Shown here: in pieces, positions 10,377-19,925 of the stretch
Layout: each line of letters starts with the position of its first letter
Numbering within the stretch: the stretch's first letter is position 1
NCBI GenBank assembly: GCA_038874135.1
Contig: JAVZCZ010000001.1
Location: forward strand, 32,001 to 96,000
DNA from: Candidatus Woesearchaeota archaeon
GTDB lineage: Archaea > Nanobdellota > Nanobdellia > Woesearchaeales > 0-14-0-80-44-23
Length of the DNA: 64,000 nt
Direction of reading: 5' to 3'
Notes under the pieces: model-generated
What the model was told of the DNA's origin: nothing
The model's input: the letters and a program-made list of their open reading frames with translations, nothing else
Databases searched by the model: none
Made by a program: the position numbers and the translations under genes

Positions 10377-12191
10377 CTACTTGTATTTGCTCTTAAGCAC
10401 GAGTTTTGGATATATGCACATTGATCTCAGCTCGTCTAGCAGCAGCTTAAAGGCGTAGCTCATCTCTACATCTACTACTGAGCTTTCTTCTCCGCATATT
10501 GGACAGAAGGACTTCTTGCTGTACCTGTCGTGCACTGCTATCATTCCGCAGGTTTCACATATTGGCACTACTGTTCTGTCAGCGTCAAACCTCTCTTTTA
10601 GTAATAGTGAGGTTCCGTGGGCTACGAAGCAGTCCTTTTCCATCTCTCCAAGTCTTAAGCCGCCTTCCTTCGCTCTGCCCTCTGTCGGCTGTCTAGTTAG
10701 GAGCTGTATTGGTCCTCTCGCCCTTGCGTGTATCTTGTTTGCCACCATGTGCTTCAGTTTGAGGTAGTACATCTCTCCTATGAATATCCTGGCTTCATAG
10801 ATTTCTCCCGTCTCGCCGTTGTACATTGTCTCTGTGCCGTTGTCCCTGAAGCCCATTGCGAGCAGCTCTTCTCTGAGCTTCTGTTCAGGTTCGGAGTCAA
10901 ACATTGTTCCATCCACATACCTTCCTGAGAGTGATCCTACCTTTCCGCCTATTGCCTCTATCAGGTGGCCTACTGTCATTCTTGAAGGTATGCTGTGGGG
11001 TGAGAATATTATGTCGGGAACTATGCCCGATGCAGTGTAGGGCATGTCTGCAGGGTCTATTATTAAGCCTACGACTCCTTTCTGTCCATGCCTGGATGTA
11101 AACTTGTCTCCTATCTCTGGAACTCTCGGGTCTCTGATGTTTACTTCAACTAGGCGATTTCCCTCTACGCTTTCTGTCAAGATTACTGAGTCAACTATTC
11201 CGCCTTCTCCATGTTTTACTGCTACTGAGCTTTCTCGCCTGTCTATTGAGGATAGATTAAACTGCTCTAAGCTTGAGGTGAATCTTGGCGGGCTCGTCTT
11301 GCCTATTATGACATCCTCCTCTTTTACTCTTATTTCCGGCGAGATTATGCCGTCCTCTTCTAAGTACTTGTACGCTTCTTCTGAGCGGTACCCCTTTACA
11401 TCCTTGTCCGGTATGCATATGGTGTCGGTCATTCCTCCAGGGTATCTGAGCTCTTCTGCCTCTGCCGGCCTGAAGTATGTGCTCCTTCCAAACCCCCTGT
11501 CTAGGGATGCCCTGTTGAGGATTACTGCGTCCTGCATGTTGTAGCCCTTCCATGCCATTATTGCTACTACTACATTCTGTCCTGCAGGGTGCTTTTCGTA
11601 GTGGGAGAGCTCTGTCATCATCGTGCTCACTATCGGCACCTGGGGATAGTGCAGTATGTTTGTGTCCATGTCCATCCTTATAGGGAAGTTTGAAGCGTAT
11701 ATTCCAAGACCTTGTTTCTGGTTTTTTGAGCCAGCGTTTAATCTTGTGCTCGGGTCGTGGTTTCCGTAGGGAACTAGAGATGTGCACAGGCTTACCATTG
11801 CTGAAGGCATTATTTCCAGATGCGTGTGCTTGTCAGTTAGTTCCTCTTCCGAGAATGCGATTAGGCAGTTTTCCTCTTCTGCAGCGTCTATGTATTCTAT
11901 TATTCCCTGCTTTACGAGTTCATTCCAGGAGAGTTCTCCCTTCTGTACTCTTTCCAGGTGCTCCTTTGTGAGCAGTGGCTTTCCATTCTTAACAACTATG
12001 AGTGGCCTTCTGAGTCTTCCCCTGAATGTTTCCACTTCTACTTCTCCAGTTTTTTCAATGTAGCGCACATTTAATTCTGTAGGCAGTTTTCCTGCTCTTC
12101 GCGATTCTATAACCCTTTTGGCGAATTCCGCCGGGTTTTCTACTTTTCCTATGAATTTTCCGTTAAGGTAAACTTCTCCTGCCATTTTCAT
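10377..12191 (-). CDS. rpoB1: RNA polymerase subunit B' (Rpo2C)
   Basis: GDKFTSRHGQKG, LKHMV and GGLRLGEME motifs. Confidence 0.99.
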   Translation of the reverse strand: MKMAGEVYLNGKFIGKVENPAEFAKRVIESRRAGKLPTELNVRYIEKTGEVEVETFRGRLRRPLIVVKNGKPLLTKEHLERVQKGELSWNELVKQGIIEYIDAAEEENCLIAFSEEELTDKHTHLEIMPSAMVSLCTSLVPYGNHDPSTRLNAGSKNQKQGLGIYASNFPIRMDMDTNILHYPQVPIVSTMMTELSHYEKHPAGQNVVVAIMAWKGYNMQDAVILNRASLDRGFGRSTYFRPAEAEELRYPGGMTDTICIPDKDVKGYRSEEAYKYLEEDGIISPEIRVKEEDVIIGKTSPPRFTSSLEQFNLSSIDRRESSVAVKHGEGGIVDSVILTESVEGNRLVEVNIRDPRVPEIGDKFTSRHGQKGVVGLIIDPADMPYTASGIVPDIIFSPHSIPSRMTVGHLIEAIGGKVGSLSGRYVDGTMFDSEPEQKLREELLAMGFRDNGTETMYNGETGEIYEARIFIGEMYYLKLKHMVANKIHARARGPIQLLTRQPTEGRAKEGGLRLGEMEKDCFVAHGTSLLLKERFDADRTVVPICETCGMIAVHDRYSKKSFCPICGEESSVVDVEMSYAFKLLLDELRSMCIYPKLVLKSKYK

Positions 12192-12201
12192 CTTCTCCTC
12201 T

Positions 12202-13701
12202 TTATTGCGTGGTTATTTTTTGTTCCCTGACTCCAAGCTCTTTTAGCACTTTTAGAACATCTTCCTCGTTTGCACTTTGCGAGATGCTTGCCAGTAGTGC
12301 CAGATTCTTTTTGAGTCCGATGTTTGTTCCCTCAGGAGTTTCTATAGGGCATAATCTTCCCAGGTGTGTTGGGTGCAGAGCTCTTGCTTCAAAGTTTTCC
12401 TGAGTTGCGCTGAGGGGGCTTACGACTCTCTGCAGGTGTGATAGTGTTTCTAAGAAGTTTAGGTGCTGTATCCTCTGACTTATTCCCTTCCTGTTGCCAA
12501 CCCAGCTTCCAGTTGCCATGCTGGAGTATATCCTATGCGTAAGCAGCTTGTCTCTTATTACAACTCTTAATGACGGGAATTTTCCCCTCTTGACTATCCT
12601 CTGGAAGTTGTAGAGCATATCTTTTATTAGCATGTTGAAATTCACTCTGAACAGATCTGCCAGCAGGTCGCCGCTCATCTTTATTCTCTTATTGGCATAG
12701 TGATCCTTATCATCAGGGGGTATCTCTCCGAGTGATACGAGCTGGAACTTCTTTATCATCTTGCAAAGATTCTGCGCCTTTAGGATTCTACTCTGCTTTG
12801 TTGTTCCTAAGTGTGGCAGAAGGAACCTGTCAATTATCTCTTCTATCCTCTGCAGGCGAACTTCCCTCGGCTGGGTTATGCCCGTCTTCTTAGCCAGGTA
12901 GTCTAAGGCGTCTTCCGAATTTGTTATGTCTGCGAACTGGTAAAGGTTTACGAGCACATCATCGTACTGCACATCTTCACTTATGCTCCTCATTATGTCT
13001 TGGTCTTTAACTATGCCCAGCGCTTTTATTAGCAGTATTACTGGCGCCCTTCGAACCCTTGTGAATGTGATGTAAAATATTCCGTCTTTCATCTTTTCTA
13101 TCGTGTGGGGAATCCTGAAGGCTGCGCTTTCCGAGAATATCTTTCCCGTAAACTTGCTGGGCCCGCTCTCGCTCTCAGTAACTAAGAACCTGTTTGCTGC
13201 GAGGTCCTCCACTTTTACTAAGACCTTTTCGCTTCCGTTGATTATGAAGTATCCTCCCGGATCTTCAGGGTCTTCGCCGTGTTCTATCAGTTCTTCCCTG
13301 TTCATCTTGCTCAGGTGGCAGTATTTTGACTTGAGCATTATGGGCATGTTACCTATGTATGCGTTAAACTCTTCCCTCTGCACTCCGTCTATTATCACGC
13401 TCATGTTCAGGTGCATCGCTGCAGCGTATGTTATTTTTCTCAGACGCGCCTCCCACGGATAAACAGGCCTTGTGCTTCCGTCCGCTTCTACAAGCATCGG
13501 AGTTTCAACCTTTATCTTGTTGAGCTTTATCTTGTAACTTTCCACATTGTTAGGTATTATTGTGGGCTCTATAATCTTGTTCTCGTCAATTATCTCCTGC
13601 AGCCCGTAGTCTATGAAGTGGTTGAAGGATTCTATGTCTGAATTTACGAAGGACTGCTCGCTGAAATATTTCCTGCAGAGAATTCTTCCGGTTTCATTCA
13701 A
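12202..13701 (-). CDS. rpoB2: RNA polymerase subunit B'' (Rpo2N)
   Basis: [17 protein letters not shown] and CPIETPEG motifs. Confidence 0.98.
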   Translation of the reverse strand: MNETGRILCRKYFSEQSFVNSDIESFNHFIDYGLQEIIDENKIIEPTIIPNNVESYKIKLNKIKVETPMLVEADGSTRPVYPWEARLRKITYAAAMHLNMSVIIDGVQREEFNAYIGNMPIMLKSKYCHLSKMNREELIEHGEDPEDPGGYFIINGSEKVLVKVEDLAANRFLVTESESGPSKFTGKIFSESAAFRIPHTIEKMKDGIFYITFTRVRRAPVILLIKALGIVKDQDIMRSISEDVQYDDVLVNLYQFADITNSEDALDYLAKKTGITQPREVRLQRIEEIIDRFLLPHLGTTKQSRILKAQNLCKMIKKFQLVSLGEIPPDDKDHYANKRIKMSGDLLADLFRVNFNMLIKDMLYNFQRIVKRGKFPSLRVVIRDKLLTHRIYSSMATGSWVGNRKGISQRIQHLNFLETLSHLQRVVSPLSATQENFEARALHPTHLGRLCPIETPEGTNIGLKKNLALLASISQSANEEDVLKVLKELGVREQKITTQ

Positions 13702-13927
13702 GTTTTACCACCCTGTAGAAGATTGATTCGCCAGCAATCTGGCTCTTTCTTGTTATCTTTATGATGTCTCCCGGCTTTGCGTTTAGATGCGCAATTGCAG
13801 GATCCCTTGCAAGTATTACTGGCATCTCGTTTTCAGTTATGCCGTATTTTTCTAGAAGAGCCTTTTTTTCCCCTTCGGAAAGCTTTTCGTGCTCGGGGAC
13901 AAGCACATGCTCAATCTTTTTTGACAT
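13694..13927 (-). CDS. rpoH: RNA polymerase subunit H (Rpo5)
   Basis: HVLVPEHE...DPA...[10 protein letters not shown]...YRVV. Confidence 0.98.
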   Translation of the reverse strand: MSKKIEHVLVPEHEKLSEGEKKALLEKYGITENEMPVILARDPAIAHLNAKPGDIIKITRKSQIAGESIFYRVVKLE

Positions 13928-13954
13928 TTTCTTTTCCTCGCCTTTTTAGCATGA

Positions 13955-14065
13955 TGGGCCGGAGGGGATTCGGACCCCCGACAACCTGATTAAAAGTCAG
14001 GTGCGCTATTGCCCACGACACCTTGACATTTTCATGGTGAGCGCTCCAGGCTGCGCCACCGGCCC
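13955..14065 (-). tRNA. tRNA-Lys(UUU) with a 37-nt D-loop intron (14009-14045)
   Basis: Acceptor GGGCCGG/CCGGCCC-A; anticodon arm CCUGA-CUUUUAA-UCAGG; BHB-like motif GCCU-GG^A...GGGC-AA^U whose splicing restores D-loop AGCCUGGUA; T-loop reads UCCGAAU. Confidence 0.9.
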
Positions 14066-14070
14066 AAAAA

Positions 14071-14143
14071 CGCCCTGGCCGGGATTTGAACCCGGGTCGG
14101 AGCCGTGACAGGGCTCCATGATAGGCCGCTACACTACCAGGGC
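14071..14143 (-). tRNA. tRNA-Asp(GUC)
   Basis: Acceptor GCCCUGG/CCAGGGC-G, anticodon loop CUGUCAC, T-loop UUCAAAU. Confidence 0.97.
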
Positions 14144-14327
14144 TTCCTTTTGCATCGGGAAGTTTGAAAGCATCACGAGTGTTCTTCTCAATTTTGTATG
14201 TGAGAATGTTTCATCATGATGGCAAGCAAGCTCCCCGACACCTTCTTCCATTTGAGTAGTTTGGCATCCATTTTTAAATCTTTTGGTTTTTGGCAGTTTT
14301 TTAGAATTTCTCGGAAAAGAATTGGAA

Positions 14328-14450
14328 TCCCCTCCCCCGGACTTGAACCAGGAACCTTCCGGTGACGGCTGTCCCGATTTCATTCATGCTCTCTCGGAGT
14401 TGTCTTCGGGAATCTACAGCCGGACGCTCTAACCATTGAGCTAGGAGGGG
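14328..14450 (-). tRNA. tRNA-Tyr(GUA) with a ~50-nt anticodon-loop intron (14364-14413)
   Basis: C1:G72 acceptor CCCCUCC/GGAGGGG-A; UCCGG-CUGUAG^A-CCGGA; T-loop UUCAAGU; removing the intron gives a 73-nt tRNA. Confidence 0.92.
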
Positions 14451-14542
14451 CTCAACTTTTTTTTGGGTTTAGGAATTTTGTTTATAAAGTTTGTTGTTTT
14501 TTAGATTTTTAAGATGAATAAGAAAGAATAAAAATTTTCTTT

Positions 14543-15997
14543 TTACTCGCTTTCTTCCTTCCTGGATCTAATCCACACCTCGTTTGAAACTGCTTTGTAC
14601 TCCTTATTGTTTATAGTGTAGCGCGCAACTGCAGGTTTCAATCTGAAGCTTCCCACTATTGCAAGTCGCGATTTTATCTTGTAACTTATTAGTCTCTCAT
14701 CGTATGGTTCCATCCTTTCTATGTTCCACTTTATGAGGGTTCCGCTGGCTATGTTCTTTGTTATGTTGTCAGGCTTTATGGTGCCGGCTTGGAAGTTGTC
14801 TTCCACATCTGCTATGTCAGGCACTATGTCTACAACTCTTAGGTTGTGTATGCTATTCTTTCCCCTATTCTTTATGTTTATCAGAACCTTTAACTCTGCG
14901 ATTCCGCCCTCTTCCTGCACAATTACCTTCGCCTTCTTGGTCATCTCCACAGGCGGTTTTAGGTAGTAGTAGGCTGCAATCAGTCCCGCTATTGCTATTA
15001 GCAGCAGGGCTATTCCCCTGTAGTTTGTAGTCATTGTAATCTTCTGCTCCGACCTCGGCTGCACCTCTACATTCCAGCCTATAAGCTTCTGGCTTCCAAC
15101 TTTTACCCATTTGGCTTTTGGACTAGTTCTCAGGAATAGGTTCTGGAAGAATCCGACCTTTTTGGTTATGAGCTTTGTTCCCGGAGCGTTCCCCGCATTT
15201 GACACAGTTATTATAGTTACCCTTTTGAGTAGGAAGCTCGTGGTGTCTTCTCTCTCACTTATTAAGGAGTAGCCCTCTATCCTGAATGTTTTTGAAATCT
15301 CCTTAAGCAGGTTTCCATTCTCGTCATAAACGCTTATCTGCAGAGAGTCTTCTCCCGGATTTTGCAGCGGGTCCATGCTTACTGGTACCTTCACAGTAAT
15401 TTTTGAAAGCGGGTCCATGCTAACTTCCTTCTCAAACAAGATTATTCCGGCAGTGTCTGTAACCTTTAGCTTTAGGTTGTTCCTCTTTATTGGAATCTTT
15501 GATTCAATAATTACTGAGAATTCTCCTCCGATTCTGGGGTCTATGCTTTCCGGAACCTGAGCATCTAACCTTATAATGTCTCCAGCGGTTGGCGTCTGAA
15601 TGTTTATGGGAAGTGAAACCTGCTTTTCAATTCCAGTATTTTCTGATCTTACACTTATCACTATATTGTATGTTCCTGCGGGCCAAAGCTTTGCAGGCTC
15701 CACATTTATTGTTGTTGTTCTTTCTTGAAGCCCCGGGATGATTATTCCGGTGAAGTAGTCTGAAAGCTCTTCTGTTCTGATTATCCAGCTGAGGTCCTTG
15801 CTGAAGCTTAGGGTGAATCTGTCCTGTTGCGGCAGCTTGTTTTCAATTATTACTTCAAACTTTGCGGATTCGGGAGTTTCAGCATAAACATTTATAACAT
15901 TTTTTATCGGGTTTACTCTTATGTTGAAGTCAGCTCTTACGATTATTGGAGCAATTAAAATAAGCCATAGAAAGATTGCCCATTTCGCATTTTTCAT
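14543..15997 (-). CDS. Exported membrane-anchored protein with tandem Ig-like/beta-sandwich domains
   Basis: Signal peptide MKNAKWAIFLWLILIAPIIVRA, beta-rich repeats, TM segment GIALLLIAIAGLIAAYYYL and a C-terminal DUF11-like domain. Confidence 0.75.
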   Translation of the reverse strand: MKNAKWAIFLWLILIAPIIVRADFNIRVNPIKNVINVYAETPESAKFEVIIENKLPQQDRFTLSFSKDLSWIIRTEELSDYFTGIIIPGLQERTTTINVEPAKLWPAGTYNIVISVRSENTGIEKQVSLPINIQTPTAGDIIRLDAQVPESIDPRIGGEFSVIIESKIPIKRNNLKLKVTDTAGIILFEKEVSMDPLSKITVKVPVSMDPLQNPGEDSLQISVYDENGNLLKEISKTFRIEGYSLISEREDTTSFLLKRVTIITVSNAGNAPGTKLITKKVGFFQNLFLRTSPKAKWVKVGSQKLIGWNVEVQPRSEQKITMTTNYRGIALLLIAIAGLIAAYYYLKPPVEMTKKAKVIVQEEGGIAELKVLINIKNRGKNSIHNLRVVDIVPDIADVEDNFQAGTIKPDNITKNIASGTLIKWNIERMEPYDERLISYKIKSRLAIVGSFRLKPAVARYTINNKEYKAVSNEVWIRSRKEESE

Positions 15998-16173
15998 AGC
16001 ATTACCACCTTTTTCCTTAAAAGCCGTCGGCATTTAAAAATATATCTGTATAGCAAAATGGTTTATTGTCTTTAAATATTTTTCTATGCGTCTCTTCTCT
16101 TTACCCTGTCCCGGCATAAAAATCTTTTTAGCAGAAGTTTTATAAAGAAAACATTCAACCACTTTTGATGTTC

Positions 16174-16247
16174 GGGGCTGTAGTGTAGCTTGGCTATCAC
16201 TCATGCTTGGGGTGCATGCAACCCGTGTTCGAATCACGGCAGCCCCA
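16174..16247 (+). tRNA. tRNA-Pro(GGG)
   Basis: GGGGCUG/CAGCCCC-A, CAUGC-UUGGGGU-GCAUG, UUCGAAU; TTTATAAA upstream and a T-tract downstream. Confidence 0.96.
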
Positions 16248-16248
16248 C

Positions 16249-16262
16249 TTTTCTTTTTTTTC
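16249..16262 (+). terminator. Oligo-T archaeal terminator after tRNA-Pro
   Basis: TTTTCTTTTTTTTT directly follows the tRNA 3' end. Confidence 0.55.
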
Positions 16263-16299
16263 AAAACGCTTTTAAAATGCATCAGCATATTCCTCTTAG

Positions 16300-17343
16300 A
16301 TGAACAAGGAGATACTGCTCTGCGTTGAGCTTCTTAAGAATGAACCGGACGAGCATTTCATAAGAAGAACTTTAAAATCTTTGGATAGGAATGAATTCTT
16401 ATTAGTGGCTTCAGCGTTTCCTGTTGATCAGCTGCTAATATCGGCTGAGCGTCTACGCTTGAATGCTCTGAAGGGCAAGCTGCTCCAGCTTCTGGCAGGA
16501 AATATGCTTATTCGTCGTAACTTTGAGGATTTGCTCTTAAAACTTGTCAGAAAGTTCAATCGTGAGGGGATAGATTTTATTCTATTGAAGGGCTTCGCAT
16601 TTCCAGAGCTTGTTGGGTTTAGGACCACTTCTGACATAGACTTCCTTGTAAAAAAGGATTCGTGGAAGAGGTGTCTTGAGACGCTTAATTCGTTCGGATT
16701 TTATGCCCATTCCAAACATTCGCTGCAGTATTATAATTCTTTTCTCAACGAGGTTACACTGGTCTTTAAGCCTAATCCTGCGCTAAAGGTTGAGCCGCAC
16801 TTGGGTATAGTTCAACCATTTTCACCATTCAGCATAAATAATGCATCCCTGTGGAAGCATTCTAAGCTCAGCTCAATAAGGGGGCATCCCGTCAGAGTTC
16901 TGTGTGATGAGCACACGCTGATACACCTTTCAATTCACGCTCTATACCAGCCGGCTTCCATACTTCCACTTAGGGACATATATGTTATACATAAGATGAT
17001 AAGCACGAGGAGTATAAACTGGAATTTTCTTATCAGGGAAGCTCGCAGCTGGAAAGCTCACAACTTTGTGTATTCTGCACTAATCATTTCTAAGAAGTAT
17101 TTCGGTACGCCAGTACCTCAGCGGGCTCTTGACCTTCTTAGAAGGAGAGGATTTCAGCTTTTCTTAATCTGGGCTTTCTCGTCTCTTAGGCTTAGGCGTA
17201 GGCGCCTGGCAGCTTATGACTCTTTGGATTTCTTTTACGAGTTTTTTCTTGCAGACATTTCGGGTAAGATTGGAATATTGCGAAGGAGCTTTTACTCTTT
17301 CACTTACGAGCTTGGACTTTTTCATAAGCGAGACGCATTGTAG
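16300..17343 (+). CDS. Nucleotidyltransferase family protein (NTP_transf_5-like)
   Basis: ILLKG...RTTSDIDFLV, VEPH and LIHLSIHA...LRDI motifs. Confidence 0.85.
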   Translation: MNKEILLCVELLKNEPDEHFIRRTLKSLDRNEFLLVASAFPVDQLLISAERLRLNALKGKLLQLLAGNMLIRRNFEDLLLKLVRKFNREGIDFILLKGFAFPELVGFRTTSDIDFLVKKDSWKRCLETLNSFGFYAHSKHSLQYYNSFLNEVTLVFKPNPALKVEPHLGIVQPFSPFSINNASLWKHSKLSSIRGHPVRVLCDEHTLIHLSIHALYQPASILPLRDIYVIHKMISTRSINWNFLIREARSWKAHNFVYSALIISKKYFGTPVPQRALDLLRRRGFQLFLIWAFSSLRLRRRRLAAYDSLDFFYEFFLADISGKIGILRRSFYSFTYELGLFHKRDAL

Positions 17344-17348
17344 GAGCA

Positions 17349-19814
17349 TTATTGCGCACTGAGAACCCTACTCTGGTGTCCCTGTTTTACTATTCTTATC
17401 ACATTTTCCACGAAGCTCTCTATTTTAGGCTCGTGGCTTACCAGGATTACCTGTTTTAGTTTCAGCTGTTCCAGCACTTCTCTTACCCTGTCCAGCTGTT
17501 CTGAGGAGAATCCGTCTGTTGGCTCATCAAGTATTATTATATTTCTTGTTTTGATACTTCCAGCCATATCATTTATTACCCTGTTTAGCGCCAGCCTGTA
17601 AGCTAGGGCAACAGCGGTTTTTTCTCCTCCTGAAAGGTTTTCCACGCTTGTGTCATGTCCGTCCTGCGTAACTATGGGCGTGAAGTCTTCATCTATCCTG
17701 GCACTCATAGCTTCTTCTTCCATCAGTGCTGAGAACCACTCTTCAAAGAGCTTTCCAAATTCGTAGTGTATTGAGCTCATCACCTGCTTCTCCATTGCCG
17801 CCATCAGCTCGGTGAATTTATTTGAGAGCATGTCTTCAATTTCAGAGTAGAATTTCATCTTCTTTTTGTCATTAGATTTCTCTTTAATTTCAGCTGATAT
17901 TCTTCTGATTCGCTCCTCTTTAATGCGAACCTCGCTGGTTAGTGCTGCAGAGAGTGCTTCCAGTCCTTTCTCCTCCTTTGCAAGCGCGTCCCTTCTCTGC
18001 CTAGCATTCTCGTATTCCTTGTCATCTATCTTTATCTTTGCGAGCTGTTTTTCTGCTGAGAGCTTTTTTGTATTGAGCTCTGCTACGAGCTTCTTCAGCT
18101 TGGAATACTCCTCTTCAACTGAGGATAAAAGCTGCTTCTCCCTGCTCAGCTGTTCGGAGAGCCTTTTGAGCTCCTCAATTTTTTTGTTAGCTTCCCTAGC
18201 CATCCTGAGAGTTTCTCTCTTTTTCTCCTCTTCTTCTCTTATCTGGGCTGCTTTTCTTTTTAGCTCTTCAAAGTTTTTGATTTCGGCGAGTTCTGTCCTG
18301 ACTTTGGCTAATAATTCCTTTTTCTTGTTGAGTTCTGAGAGCCGTACTTCTATGGCTTCTATCTCGGCTTTCAACACCATGGCTCTTGACTCGGCTTCTG
18401 CTTTTTTTGAAATCTTTCTCTTCAATTCTGCAATCTCTTGAAGAAGTTCTGTCCCGCGCATTTGTAGGGCTGCAACTTCTTCTTCAATTTTTGATATTCT
18501 TATTTTTTCTTCACTCGTCATATGCTCTCTATACTCATGACTTATTCCCTGTTTGCAGAGGGGACACCTGTCATTCTTTGCAATTTCAGATATTATCTTT
18601 TCAGCTTCTGATTTTTGGCTTAGGAGCGCCGCCTTTCTTTCAGATACCCTTCTGAGTTCTTCCTCTAATGCTTCTTCTCTCTTTTCAATTTCCAAACGGG
18701 ATTCTCCCGTAATTGTGCCTTCCAGTTCCTTCCTCTTTTCTGAGAGCTTCTCTGAGAGGGCTTCAGCATTTTCAACTTCCAACTTTAGCTCCTGCTCCCT
18801 TTTCACAAGCTGTGCAGCCCTTTCAGAATTCTTTTCCAGCTCCCTTTCTAAGGCTTCCCTCTCTCTGCTCAGAAGTTCAAGCTCTCTTTCCAGAGCTGCC
18901 TCATCCTTAGGTTCGCTCTTCGGAATTTCAGATATCTTCTTTTGAAGGGCTTCTATCTCTTCTTTTATCTCTTCACTTCTTTTCTTTTTTGCCAGGTGTT
19001 GTGCAGCGTTCTCTCTTATTTGCTCCTCGTATATTCTTATTGCAGCAAGGAGTTCTGCCGCTGTCTTCCTGCGCTCTTCTATGTTCAGGAGCGCCCTTTC
19101 AGCTTCCTGAATCTCTTTTGCTTTACTCTCAATCTCAGCCCTGAGTTGTACAAGCTTCTGCTTAGCCTCTTGGACATCTCCTTTCAGTTCAGCTTCTTCT
19201 TTTAGCTTTTCTTCAAGGTCACTTATCTTAGCTTCTAAAGCCCTTACAGCTTCCCTGAGGGAGCTGGCAATAAGCATTGCGTTCGCTCTTATCGTTCCGT
19301 ACTTTTCAATTCCGAATATCTTTCTCAGGATTTTCAAGCGGTCCTCTCGCCCTTCAAAGAGTATCCTCTTCATCTCTTCCTGAGGAGTATACACTGTGTA
19401 TCTGTAGAGTGAGATGCTCTTCTTTTTCAGGTATTCTTCAGGGTATCCCAGAATTTGAAGCACTGCGGCTTTGAGCTCTTCTGCACTCTTCTCGCTTTTT
19501 AATCCGTCAATTGTGATGCTTCCCGGCGGCTGTAATATTGAGTCCTTTCCCCTTTTCAGATTCCTCTTTATTATTATCTCTTTTCCCTCAACTTCAATGC
19601 AGAGCTCAACTGAGCCATTCTGCTTTCCATTTCTCAAAAGTGTATCTCCCGAAATCTCGTTTGTGAATCCGAAAAGTGCGAATTCTACTGCTAATAGGAT
19701 TGTGCTCTTTCCCGCGCCTATGTCCCCGCTGAGCAGGGTGGAGCCTTCTGAGAATCTTATCTCTTCAGATAGGTAGCTTCTTATGTTCTTCAGCCGCACC
19801 CACTTTATTATCAT
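17349..19814 (-). CDS. rad50: Rad50/SbcC SMC-family ATPase
   Basis: Walker A GDIGAGKS, Q-loop YTPQEE, coiled coil with CPLC zinc hook, LSGGE signature, ILDEPT and VSH. Confidence 0.92.
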   Translation of the reverse strand: MIIKWVRLKNIRSYLSEEIRFSEGSTLLSGDIGAGKSTILLAVEFALFGFTNEISGDTLLRNGKQNGSVELCIEVEGKEIIIKRNLKRGKDSILQPPGSITIDGLKSEKSAEELKAAVLQILGYPEEYLKKKSISLYRYTVYTPQEEMKRILFEGREDRLKILRKIFGIEKYGTIRANAMLIASSLREAVRALEAKISDLEEKLKEEAELKGDVQEAKQKLVQLRAEIESKAKEIQEAERALLNIEERRKTAAELLAAIRIYEEQIRENAAQHLAKKKRSEEIKEEIEALQKKISEIPKSEPKDEAALERELELLSREREALERELEKNSERAAQLVKREQELKLEVENAEALSEKLSEKRKELEGTITGESRLEIEKREEALEEELRRVSERKAALLSQKSEAEKIISEIAKNDRCPLCKQGISHEYREHMTSEEKIRISKIEEEVAALQMRGTELLQEIAELKRKISKKAEAESRAMVLKAEIEAIEVRLSELNKKKELLAKVRTELAEIKNFEELKRKAAQIREEEEKKRETLRMAREANKKIEELKRLSEQLSREKQLLSSVEEEYSKLKKLVAELNTKKLSAEKQLAKIKIDDKEYENARQRRDALAKEEKGLEALSAALTSEVRIKEERIRRISAEIKEKSNDKKKMKFYSEIEDMLSNKFTELMAAMEKQVMSSIHYEFGKLFEEWFSALMEEEAMSARIDEDFTPIVTQDGHDTSVENLSGGEKTAVALAYRLALNRVINDMAGSIKTRNIIILDEPTDGFSSEQLDRVREVLEQLKLKQVILVSHEPKIESFVENVIRIVKQGHQSRVLSAQ

Positions 19815-19925
19815 GCAATTTAGAGTATACAGCCCTCCTTAAATAATTTTGGCAATTAAGGCTTTTTCAAATTTTCTTACAAATCCTGCGACACTTTTTT
19901 AAAGCGGCTTTTCCTATCCGGGCTT

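Noticed and set aside
366-13641. Numerous plus-strand short ORFs
   Set aside because: They are antisense shadows of dnaG, lhr, tyrS and the rpo genes.
14129-14383. 84-aa ORF, and likewise the ORFs at 16034-16288 and 57061-57438
   Set aside because: They overlap tRNA or ncRNA genes and show no protein-like features.
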